Shown here: positions 1-9,438 of the stretch, piece after piece
How the letters are laid out: every line of letters starts with the position of its first letter
Numbering within the stretch: the first letter of the stretch is position 1
Origin: Octopus sinensis
Lineage: Eukaryota
Assembly (NCBI RefSeq): GCF_006345805.1
Contig: NW_021825353.1
Coordinates: 1-16,443, forward strand
Reading direction: 5' to 3'
DNA length: 16,443 nucleotides
The notes under the pieces: generated by a model
The model's database searches: none
What the model was told of the DNA's origin: nothing
The model's input: the letters and a program-made list of their open reading frames with translations, nothing else
Program-made: the position numbers and the translations under genes

Positions 1-176
1 CTGGGGAAAGGGATTAAGTCGATTATATCGACCAGTGCATAACTGGTACTTATTTAATCGACTCCGAAAGGATGAAAGGCAAAGTCGACCTCGGCGGTAT
101 TTGAACTCAGAACGGACAAAATACCACTAAGCATTTATTTTGTCCGGCGTGCTAGCGATTCTGCCAGCTCATCGCC
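1..176 (-). mobile_element. tRNA-derived SINE, family A (tail type A), 3' part cut by the window edge
   Basis: Reverse complement reads GGCGATGAGCTGGCAGAATCGCTAGC (A-box-like), GAGTTCAAATACC (B-box-like), GAGGTCGACTTTGCCTTTCATCCTTTCGG. Homologous to plus-strand copies at 2638, 6441, 7210 and 9439. Confidence 0.85.
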
Positions 177-177
<1 letters not shown>

Positions 178-227
<50 letters not shown>

Positions 228-248
228 TAATAATAATAATAATAATAA
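178..248. repeat. (TAA)n microsatellite
   Basis: Near-perfect TAA run between the SINE and the LINE fragment. Confidence 0.97.
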
Positions 249-622
249 TGCTTTCTAATTGATGTATCAATACCGGCAGATGACAATGTGTCTCTAAAAG
301 AAATGGAGAAACTCTCAAAATACAAAGGCCTGGAAATAGAGGTAACCAGAATGTGGAATCTAAAAACAGAAACAATTCCTATCATAGTAGGTGCATTAGG
401 CATGATAAAAAAATATTCAGACAAATACATAACAAAAACACCAGGACTTACAAACACATATAACATACAGAAAATTGCACTACTAGGCACTGCACACTCC
501 TACGCAGAACACTTTCCATATAATAACCATCAGAGCATCACAACAAATCACAGCACACCCCAAGGCGCACAGAGCTGCGCTCGGTAGTGAAGTAAAAAGC
601 ACGCTATATAAAAAATAACTAC
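249..622 (+). mobile_element. 5'-truncated non-LTR retrotransposon 3' end, R4/Dong-like, encoding the C-terminus of a restriction-like endonuclease (RLE), plus 3' UTR
   Basis: Frame from 249 translates CFLIDVSIPADDNVSLKEMEKLSKYKGLEIEVTRMWNLKTETIPIIVGALGMIKK...IQKIALLGTAH. A 1-nt shift gives ...LRRTLSI* (TAA 521-523). This fits the xIDVxIP...KExEKxxKY...RMW...PxxVGALG...QKxxLLGT pattern of RLE-clade LINEs. Flanked by (TAA)n on both sides. Clade assignment from recall. Confidence 0.8.
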
Positions 623-673
<51 letters not shown>

Positions 674-686
674 TAATAATAATAAT
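623..686. repeat. (TAA)n microsatellite
   Basis: TAA run with one TGA interruption, directly visible. Confidence 0.97.
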
Positions 687-891
687 CCTTTCTACTGAAG
701 CACAAGGCCTTATATCTGGGGAAAGGATTAAGTCGATTATATCGACCCCAGTGCATACTGGTACTTATTTAATCGACTCCGAAAGGATGAAAGGCAAAGT
801 CGACCTCGGCGGTATTTGAACTCAGAACGGACAAAATACCACTAAGCTTTATTTTGTCCGGCGTTGCTAGCGATTCTGCCAGCTCATCGCC
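687..891 (-). mobile_element. tRNA-derived SINE, family A, full-length second copy
   Basis: Same sequence as 1-176 plus 3' tail; the minus strand ends ...GGCCTTGTGCTTCAGTAGAAAGGA-(TTA)n. Confidence 0.87.
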
Positions 892-892
892 T

Positions 893-904
893 TAATATAA
901 TAAT

Positions 905-939
<35 letters not shown>
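893..939. repeat. (TAA)n microsatellite
   Basis: TAA run with a few interruptions. Confidence 0.95.
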
Positions 940-941
<2 letters not shown>

Positions 942-1312
942 CTTTCTAATTGATGTATCAATACCGGCAGATGACAATGTGTCTCTAAAAGAAATGGAGA
1001 AACTCTAAAATACAAAGGCCTGGAGGAATAGAGGTAACCAGAATGTGGAATCTAAAAACAGAAACAATTCCTATCATAGTAGGTGCATTAGGCATCATGA
1101 TAAAAAAATATTCAGACAAATACATAACAAAAACACCAGGACTTACAAACCATATAACATACAGAAAATTGCACTACTAGGCACTGCAACCACATCTACG
1201 CAGAACACTTTCCATATAATAACCATCAGAGCATCACAACAAATCACAGCACACACCCAAGGCGCACAGAGCTGCGCTCGGTAGTGAAGTAAAAGCACGC
1301 TATAAAAACTAC

Positions 1313-1313
<1 letters not shown>
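940..1313 (+). mobile_element. Second copy of the R4/Dong-like RLE fragment (frameshifted)
   Basis: Same 5' breakpoint (TGCTTTCTAATTGAT) and 3' end as 249-622, with several 1-3 nt indels. The listed ORF 1045-1284 retains YNIQKIALLGTA. Confidence 0.8.
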
Positions 1314-1355
<42 letters not shown>

Positions 1356-1368
1356 TAATAATAATAAT
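1314..1368. repeat. (TAA)n microsatellite
   Basis: TAA run with the same TGA interruption near its right end as 623-686. Confidence 0.97.
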
Positions 1369-1573
1369 CCTTTCTACTGGAAGCACAAGGCCTTATATCT
1401 GGGGAAAGGGATTAAGTCGATTATATCGACCCCAGTGCATAACTGGTACTTATTTAATCGACTCCGAAAGGATGAAAGGCAAAGTCGACCTCGGCGGTAT
1501 TTGAACTCAGAACGGACAAAATACCACTTAAGCATTTTGTCCGGCGTGCTAGCGATTCTGCCAGCTCATCGCC
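1369..1573 (-). mobile_element. tRNA-derived SINE, family A, third copy
   Basis: Near-identical to 687-891. Confidence 0.87.
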
Positions 1574-1574
<1 letters not shown>

Positions 1575-1664
<90 letters not shown>

Positions 1665-1732
1665 CGACGACGACGACTACGATAATGATGATAATGATAA
1701 AGATGACGACGGAGATGATGAGGATGATGATA
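1575..1732. repeat. Compound trinucleotide microsatellite (TAA)n-(GAT)n-(GAC)n
   Basis: Direct inspection; source of the poly-N/poly-D and poly-I pseudo-ORFs. Confidence 0.95.
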
Positions 1733-1818
1733 TTCGAAATATCGATATGTTTGTAGAAATGGAAATAAAGCGTTGGTGAATGGTGTAGAGTTGTATGACG
1801 AATGATTAGATACTTCGG

Positions 1819-1913
1819 TACACACACACTTATACGCATACACTTGCAAATGTGTACATATACTCGCATACAGTTACACACAAGCACGCACACACACACA
1901 AGCATACACACAC

Positions 1914-1950
<37 letters not shown>

Positions 1951-1952
1951 AC
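1819..1952. repeat. Degenerate (CA)n microsatellite
   Basis: CA-rich tract, pure from ~1918 to 1948. Confidence 0.9.
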
Positions 1953-2637
1953 ACTCACATTACACAGATTACTACACTTGTGAAGATACGCAGAAATACA
2001 TGAATGCACCCGACGAAATCAAAAGGAACATGTAGTAATCATGTAGCAGCTAGTCGACTACCAAACTCATCATATTAAAGAATCAGTGACGTCATTGATG
2101 TGAAATTCGGTCAGCAAAGACTAATCATTGGAATCGATTTCTTCATTTGCAAGCAGGAAACAAAAGAGGGAGAAAGTCGTTGGTTTCAGCTTTCACGAAA
2201 AGCCGATTCTCTTCGCTTTTACTAATTAGCGCCCAGAACACCGACTTTTCATTGAATCATACGAGTAAAGCTGGGCAGAGGGTGGTGTGTAAGAAAATTA
2301 GGTGATAAAGTGCAAGTTCATACCTTCTAAGTTGTAGAAACAAATTTGATCCGAGAATTCTGGGTTTGTCTAAAATTAAATGATCTAAATTAATGGAAGC
2401 CAAAGGTTGATTTAAGTGGATGTCGGGTGTTGAAAAAATGGCTTAACTTGCCGCTCGATTTGCGAGAAGTAGCAGCCAGATTTTTCTCGAACTACAACTT
2501 ACCGCCTCGTAAAAGATCATACTGGATAATAGATAATGGATAATGGTCCTCGACCGGGTTATCCCAGGAGGCTAGAAAGTATACTGGTGGCTGGAATAGC
2601 ATTTCATTATCGATCTGTGTATTATATCAGGACTGAC

Positions 2638-2870
2638 AGGGCGTCGAGCTGTCAGAAACGTTAGCACGCCGGGCGAAATGCGCAGCCGTATCTCGTCTGT
2701 CGTTACGTTCCGAGTTCAAATTCCGCCGAGGTTGACTTTGCCTTTCATCCTTTCGGGGTCGATAAATAAAGTACCAGTTACGCACTGGAGTCGATGTAAT
2801 CGACTTAATCCCTTTGTCTGTCCTTGTTTGTCCCTTCTATGTTTAGCCCCTTGTGGGTAGTAAAGAAATA
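2638..2870 (+). mobile_element. tRNA-derived SINE, family A (tail type B monomer), with 15-bp TSD
   Basis: Head GGCGTCGAGCTGTCAGAAACGTTAGC, B-box-like GAGTTCAAATTCC, tail TTTAGCCCCTTGTGGGTAGTAAAGAAATA. Perfect direct repeat TATATCAGGACTGAC at 2623-2637 and 2871-2885. Confidence 0.92.
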
Positions 2871-3289
2871 TATATCAGGACTGACGTGGAGCTGGGAAAC
2901 AATGATAGCCATGTCTTTTTCCCATAAATACACTTCTAATATATCTTTAGGTCGTTTGTAATCTGAAAAATATTAAGAACAAAATAAATATTAGCATTAA
3001 TTCCTACCATCATACAGCAGTAATGTTCGAGTATTAAGTATATATATATCTATATATATATATATATATATATTATATTAAATTAGAGATAAAACCACTA
3101 TTAGGCAAATCAAACAGTGAAAAACATAAGCCCATACATAAATTAATTTTAAAATATAAAAGTTAAAAATAAAAAATTATTTAAATAATTAAACTTATAA
3201 ATTTAATATATATATACAAATATATATCTATATGTATGTATTTTTTTTTCATCTAGTTTCAGCTCACAAGTTGTGGCCATGCTGGGGCA

Positions 3290-3437
3290 TATATATTTTT
3301 ATATTTATATATTATTTTATTTATTAATTAATTAATTATTTATTTATTTTATTAATTAATTAATTAATTAATTAATTAATTTTTTTTATTTAATATCAAA
3401 AGTATTAAAAGTTTAATAAAAGATAAAGATATATATG

Positions 3438-3492
<55 letters not shown>
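3290..3492. repeat. Very AT-rich low-complexity tract with (TTAA)n and (TA)n
   Basis: Direct inspection; pure (TA)n at ~3437-3492. Confidence 0.9.
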
Positions 3493-3494
<2 letters not shown>

Positions 3495-3496
<2 letters not shown>

Positions 3497-3824
3497 TTTA
3501 CATGTTTCAACTATTGGACTGCAGCCATGGTGGAGTTCTGCTCGAAGGATTTTTGTCAAAAAAATCAACTCCTATACTAACATTTTAAATCTGGATCTTA
3601 TTCTATCGGTTCCTTTGGTCGAACCGCTATGTCACGGGGGAGCTAAACCACAACGGTTGCCAAGCGGTGAGGAATGGGACAACACAGACACAAAGACACG
3701 CACAAAGACATGCACAAACATATACATATATTTACATGCGCGCACACACACACAGACACACACACACACACACACACACACTCATACGACAGGCTTCAAT
3801 ACAATTCTCGTCTACCAAATTCAT
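3495..3824 (-). mobile_element. Old, diverged 5'-truncated copy of the microsatellite-containing SINE (family B)
   Basis: Matches 8040-8431 in blocks: TGTTTCA..ATT.GACTGC.GCCATG.TGGAG, TTCTATCGGT..C.TT.G.CGAACCGCTA, CGGTTG.CAAGC, a CA-rich tract, and CGTCTACCAAAT.CA.T. Confidence 0.7.
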
Positions 3825-4058
3825 TGAGAAGACATTATTAAACGGGATTCAGTTTTCATTTAAAATGACGATTTGAGAAGGAGTGATAGTCGGAAGCGCC
3901 TGCTACATGAACAACAAGCAGAAAAGTGGGTGCTAAGATTAAGATACTTAATGTGATGAGTTAATGAATCATAATTAATTAACTCATACACCTGTACAGA
4001 AGAAAAAAATAGACCAATAAATAAATCTAGTGAAAAAAAGCAAGTACGGAATTTAAAG

Positions 4059-4089
4059 TATTGTATTTGCTGGTGTATAAGATGTACCC
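4059..4089 (+). mobile_element. Possible decayed Tc1/mariner (Tc2/pogo-like) terminal inverted repeat remnant
   Basis: TA-TTGTATTTGCTGGTGTATAAGATGTACC resembles the TA-CCGTATTT...GTATAAGACGCACC terminus pattern after CpG decay (recall). No convincing partner TIR found. Confidence 0.3.
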
Positions 4090-4094
4090 TAGAT

Positions 4095-4361
4095 TAAATC
4101 ACACCCCTATTTTATAAGGATAGTTTGTGGAAAAAACAAATTTAGTATGTTGCATCATACACTTACTGAAAGGTATTTTTAAATAAATCACACCCCTATT
4201 TTATAAGGATAGTTTGTGGAAAAAACAAATTTAGTATGTTGCATCATACACTTACTGAAAGGTATTTTTAAATAAATCACACCCCTATTTTATAAGGATA
4301 GTTTGTGGAAAAAACAAATTTAGTATGTTGCATCATACACTTACTGAAAGGTATTTTTAAA
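4095..4361. repeat. Perfect tandem repeat, 3 x 89 bp
   Basis: Unit TAAATCACACCCCTATTTTATAAGG...GAAAGGTATTTTTAAA starts at 4095, 4184 and 4273. I see no mismatches between the copies. Confidence 0.97.
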
Positions 4362-5515
4362 TGATTTTGTTGGCGTGGGAATGTATGATTGTGTGGAAGT
4401 AAATTCAATATTATGACAATATGCTGGAATAAAGTATGACACAAGGAATTTTTCATAAATAAATTATTTTATGGCAGTACCGTATCTCACCTTTATCTTT
4501 CAGTTTATCTGAATAATTGTTTATATTTTGGCCAAGTGAAGTACTATACATTATGTAAAACTCGTCAACTCATATTTCTGGATCCTATGTTTTATGTAAT
4601 CGCAGCCACCAGAATGGAACATCACTGCTATGGCTTTGTTGTCATCTACTCATTGCAAATGGCTGACGAGTGGATGAAAGTTTGTTAATATTCTTTTCAT
4701 CTCTCTAAGAGAATTTTTCATTTAGACACGATTCATTAAATTGCATATGACACATATTAGGTGTAGGTATTTTTAGTAACAATTACCGTACTTAAAGGAC
4801 TCATGCAGGTCCCTAGCTTACAACATTCGGTCCCCCATCCGTCATACAACCGTATTACACGCAGGCCAAGATTTTGATATATTAAAAAATAAAATACGGT
4901 AATGAAAAATACAATGCAGTAGCCAGTGAGTTTAATTTTTTTTTTTATAAGCCATTCAGCGTTCATTGACATATTTATATTTTCTTCCGTCATTCGACTA
5001 TGCATCGCTAGTGAGATCCAATAAAACTGAAATATGCCTCGGGGGTTGTCATTTTATCTACCAAATTACCAAAGATAAGACTCCTTCCCCACTGTATTCG
5101 ATATTTATCTAACTCCAGTGTTATCGCATCTACTTTTCTTAATCAGAACTAATCAGCTTGTCCTAATTATGCGTTCTCCTTACCGTGAATATAATTTAAA
5201 ATTTAATTTTAATTAGTTAAAATTTCTTACTCTCCATTTGGATCTCCGTCGATCAGTACTGACCATGATTCTATTCATGCATATGCATATATAAATTTTT
5301 TGTAAGAAGCAGATTGGAAGTTGTTTACGGATGCAAATCTCGCGGTTCCATGCCACTGATGTGAATAGGCTGCCAACTTGGACTGGTACAGCTTAGTACC
5401 AGTGTCATCACAGGCGTTGTAGCGGGAACAGAAACGGTTACAGTAAGGCATCTCGCCTGATCCTTTAATAGTCTCGCCAATCCACAGTCCTCGTTTGATA
5501 TTTTTTCATTGTCCA

Positions 5516-5610
5516 AAAGGATGAAAAACAGAAATAATCTTGACGGGATTTGAACTCAGATCATAGTGAGTCGGAACCAATTCCTCGAGTCATTTTATCA
5601 AACATTCTAA
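5516..5610 (-). mobile_element. Highly diverged fragment related to SINE family A
   Basis: AAAGGATGAAAAACAGAAATAATCTTGACGGGATTTGAACTCAGA aligns to AAAGGATGAAAGGCAAAGTCGACCTCGGCGGTATTTGAACTCAGA of the young copies. Confidence 0.6.
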
Positions 5611-6334
5611 CGACTCAGTCAATTCCCTGTCTAATTAAGAATCTACATTAATAATTTTAGCGCTTGTTTTCTTATGAGTTTTCAGTAAACCGATCATATG
5701 ACTCGCCTTTGATCTCGGAACTATTTCATCTCATTTATCTTGATGATAACCATTGAAAAGCTTTTGACACCACCATACGCATCACATTCTCTTTAAAAGA
5801 ATATACTAAGCTTCGATAGGATATATTTTAAATGCTTCTTTATTCGATTTGACTGACTAAACATTTAAAGTATACCTGTTACCAAATGCATTATGAAATC
5901 GTAACAAGTGCATACGCTGATAGATTGATATATGGCATAATTATCATCATGCGAAGTTCCCACTGACATTCCCACTACAGGAAAGATTCATCTGCATAAA
6001 GAAAAGGCGAAGTATTATAGTGAACAGGGAATATGTATGAGAAGTGGCAGACAGATTTTACTGGCATGACGATGTGAAATGATAATCAACTTGGTGAGAT
6101 GATGCATCTTGGTATATTCTACCGTTGGATGAAATATTGCTCAACCGGGTTAATATCAACATAAATTAAGGCATATCTATCATCTAGTAGTGAAGAAATG
6201 AAGCTGAAGCTTGCACGAAATATATTGATTTCTTTTCACACTAGACACTGCCAATTTGTGCAGAGAATGAACATGGAAGTGTATAGGTGATTGAATTCAA
6301 CCTAGTGGTATTTATATTATCAAACGTGTTGTGT

Positions 6335-6372
6335 TGAAAGGCAAAGTTAACCCCGGTGGGATATAAACTCAT
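6335..6372 (-). mobile_element. Short diverged SINE family A fragment
   Basis: TGAAAGGCAAAGTTAACCCCGGTGGGATATAAACTCA versus TGAAAGGCAAAGTCGACCTCGGCGGTATTTGAACTCA. Confidence 0.55.
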
Positions 6373-6440
6373 ATGGAAGAAACATGCAATTTCGCTCTAC
6401 CAAATCTGTCACACCATTCTCATTACTGTAATAAATAAAT

Positions 6441-6673
6441 GAAACGTTAGCAAGCTGGCAGAAACGTTAGCAGCCGGATGAAATGCTTAACGACATTTCG
6501 TCCGTCTTTACGTTCTGAGTTCAAATTCTGCCGAAGTCGACTTTGCCTTTCATCTTTTCGGAGTCGATGAAATAAGTACCAGTTACGCAGTGGGGGTCGA
6601 TGTAATTGATTAATCCCCTCCTCCAAAATTTCTGGCCTTGTGCTTATAGTAGAAAGTATTATAATTATTATTA
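6441..6673 (+). mobile_element. tRNA-derived SINE, family A (tail type A), slightly 5'-truncated
   Basis: AGCTGGCAGAAACGTTAGC head, GAGTTCAAATTC B-box-like motif, central GTCGACTTTGCCTTTCATC, tail GGCCTTGTGCTTATAGTAGAAAG followed by an (ATT)n-like run. Confidence 0.87.
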
Positions 6674-7209
6674 CTGGAGTTTGTTAGGCTTGTTCGTCTA
6701 ACGACATGTGTCTACGTCCTTCACGTAAGTTTTTGACTTTATTTTGTTTGTTTTCTGCTAATTTTTTTTTTGAGGGGGGGGGGCACATTGTGTCCGCCCA
6801 TGAGTAGACCAGAGGGGTCTCACCAAAGACAATTCTTATCAGTCCTAAAAGTCGAATTTTCGAAAACAAATTTTTATTTTCGAAAAATTTCCTAAAAATT
6901 TAGTATGGCCGAGCTTTCTTCGCCAAACCAGTAAGAGAAGGTGACCGCTGGTGGGAATCAGTGTCTTACTGTACCTGCCAGTCAAGCTATCCTGTCCACG
7001 CCACAAGACATAGAAAGTTGTAGCAATAACAACAGCGGTAGCAGGAAATATGAAAATGACTTTCCTTTGTTCCTTATACCGCCATTGTCACCACGGCAGG
7101 GGAAGGAAGAGACGAAGAAAAATTGTAGAAACGGTAGCGCCTCCGCCGGCTACCATCGCCAGCGACTGCAGCAGTTCAACAGCGACCGACGACAATATAA
7201 TAAAAGAAA

Positions 7210-7418
7210 TGCGTAGCCGGGCGAAATGCGTAGCCGTATTTCGTCTGCCGTTACGTTCTGGGTTCATATTCCGCCGAGGTCGACTTTGCCTTTCATCCTT
7301 TCGGGGTCGATAAATTAAGTATCAGTTACGCACTGGGGTCGATGTAATCGACTTAATCCGTTTGTCTGTCCTTGTTTGTCCTCTCTGTGTTTAGCCCCTT
7401 GTGGGTAGTAAAAAAATT
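7210..7418 (+). mobile_element. tRNA-derived SINE, family A (tail type B), 5'-truncated, with 14-bp TSD
   Basis: Homologous to 2638-2870. Direct repeat TATAATAAAAGAAA at 7196-7209 and 7419-7432. Confidence 0.9.
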
Positions 7419-8039
7419 TATAATAAAAGAAAAAAAAACGAAAGTTTTAAACCAATGAGTACGGGGTTCGCAGCAGCAACACGAGAGACATACGAAGGAA
7501 TATTTCTTCGGGAAGATGAACGTAAAGAGGCTAGAAGCATGTTAAAGAAAGCTGGGAGAAATATCCAACTCAATGTTCTCGTGTCTGTCCAACAAAACAA
7601 ATTCACGGACAATTGTATACGAAGCGATTGGCGCGAAGCGCAGTAAGGTGAAGCACGTTGCACAACAACAACTGGAAGAGCATCTGTCTCCAGTATGGAG
7701 CAGTAGAACCTTTGTAGCCAAGGGGAAGATTTTGGAACCGTCGAGGTGACGAATTATTGTTTTACATATCTTACAAATATTCTGTTATTTTGGTATGCTG
7801 TTTCATTTTAGATTTTTGATACTTTGATTGGTAGGATTTGATCTTGTATCATTTGACTTCAGATCTGAGTTCTGCATTTTGCAACCAATAACGTGTTTCC
7901 CTTTCTTAAATCACTTCTGATGTGTTCAGTCTTATTAGGTATTGGTCATGTTAAATCTGTTACGGTTGCTTTAGTATCGCATTCAGTAATGCTATTTCCA
8001 ATTAAAGCTTCAGTTATTATTGTTTTCTATCTCTCTTTC

Positions 8040-8431
8040 TCTCTTTTACTCTTTTACTTGTTTCAGTCATTTGACTGCGGCCATGCTGGAGCACCGCCTC
8101 GACCCCGGGACTTATTCTTTTGTAAGCCCAGTACTCATTCTATCGGTCTCTTTTGCCGAACCGCTAAGTAACGGGGACATAAACACACCAGCATCGGTTG
8201 TCAAGCAATGCTAGGGGACAAACACAGACACACAAACACACACACACGCATATATATATACATATATACGACCGGCTTCTTTCAGTTTCCGTCTACCAAA
8301 TCCACTGACAAGGCTTTGGTCGGCCCGAGGCTATAGTAGAAGACACTTGCCCAAGATGCCACGCAGTGGGACTGAACCCGGAACCATGTGGTTCGTAGAC
8401 AAGCTACTTACCACACAGCCACTCCTGCGCC
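8040..8431 (-). mobile_element. Full-length tRNA-derived CORE-like SINE (family B) with internal (TA)n/(TG)n microsatellite and (TAAAAGAG)n tail
   Basis: Minus strand: GGCGCAGGAGTGGCTGTGTGGTAAG (A-box-like), GGGTTCAGTCCC (B-box-like), CTTGGGCAAGTGTCTT (CORE-like), microsatellite, then ...CCAGCATGGCCGCAGTCAAATGACTGAAACAAGTAAAAGAGTAAAAGAG. Possibly the octopus OR2-type CORE-SINE (name unverified). Confidence 0.85.
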
Positions 8432-9277
8432 TATAATTTCTTTTGTTGCTTTTTATCAGTTTTCCTCACAGCTGTCTGTTAACTGAAGCCTAGGCTTTAG
8501 ACTAGTCAGCTTCCTTGAAAAAAAATGAACTAACTAAGAATAAAATTGTTTTCCTGTTTTGATCATTTTGTAGTTATTTACATTAATAACGCATTAATCT
8601 CTACTACATAATTTTGTAATGTTACAGCATATATCTTATAATTATTCCTCAATTGTGAAATATCCCGCACCTCCCTATGAATATGGCAAATATTATCTTT
8701 CTGTGTCAGATTTTGGGTAGTTTACTTTAAATGCAGTCATTACATTTATTGATTTCCTGTCTAGCTTCGTTATTTCAATTGCCATTCAATTGAGAATATT
8801 ATAAATTTAGCTTTTAACTTGGACAGCTAAAATATTTAGACTTATTACCTTATTTTGAATAATTTTAAAAATATTAACGCTGTACGTCAACAATATTTTT
8901 TTGTTAACCTTTCTTTGGTTTGTGCCTATTCTATTCATTCTATTAATTCCCAGGTATTTGTAAATATGCCTTTATTTTTATTCATGTACTTCGCTTTCTT
9001 CATTTAACACGGCACACTAGTATTTGTATTTCTTAAATAATATTCTTCTCTTCATGATTTCCTCGACTCAGACCATTTCTATTCCACATTGAATATCTAG
9101 TTATCATTTTGTTGATCAATAACTAGTCTTTATAATTATATTTACTCTTCGTGACAGCCCTTTTGTCTTTCAGGAAATGCATATTTTTCCTAGGTGAGCA
9201 CTTACATATATTGCAAGAGTTTGTATAATGTGAGCATGCGGGTTAAGGGCGTTTAATGCTTATATTAATGCCCTGTA

Positions 9278-9408
9278 GGGACACCGTATTTCTTTGTGCA
9301 ACCATAACGTACTACAAAGTATATTAAATCACTTATTAAGGTTATCTCCACGGATTTTCTCTAGAAATTTATAGCCAGCACTGGTTGTGTAACGGAATAC
9401 GGTGTCCC
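9278..9408. mobile_element. MITE-like element (~131 bp) with terminal inverted repeats and TA flanks
   Basis: TGTAGGGACACCGTATT (9274-9290) is the exact reverse complement of AATACGGTGTCCCTACA (9396-9412). The match extends imperfectly to 31 bp (26/31). TA at 9276-9277 and 9409-9410 could be the TSD. Confidence 0.7.
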
Positions 9409-9438
9409 TACAAGTTATGAATATTTTTATACCAGCAA

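Larger units (their letters stand above)
1..1632. repeat. Tandem array of a ~700-bp composite unit (SINE + (TAA)n + LINE 3' fragment + (TAA)n); 3 SINE copies and 2 LINE fragments visible, may continue upstream of the window
   Basis: CTGGGGAAAGG recurs at 1, 716 and 1399 (periods 715 and 683). TGCTTTCTAATTGATGTATC recurs at 249 and 940. Period differences come mainly from (TAA)n length. Confidence 0.93.

Noticed and set aside
1-1632. CRISPR-like or programmed repeat-spacer array
   Set aside because: The intervening segments are copies of each other rather than unique spacers, and both components are recognisable retroelements.
152-2035. ORFs rich in poly-I, poly-N, poly-D, poly-Y, HT or CV
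   Set aside because: They are translations of (TAA)n, (GAT)n and (CA)n tracts, or antisense to the LINE fragment.
5325-5516. 63-aa minus ORF and a possible plus-strand exon ending at ACA|GTAAGG
   Set aside because: No recognisable domain, weak acceptor, and a length expected by chance.
6770-6890. G-run plus CACATTGTG, and the palindrome TTTTCGAAAA twice at 20-bp spacing (6857, 6877)
   Set aside because: Reminiscent of DNA-transposon subterminal sequence, but I found no TIR pair or TSD, and the motif is low-complexity.
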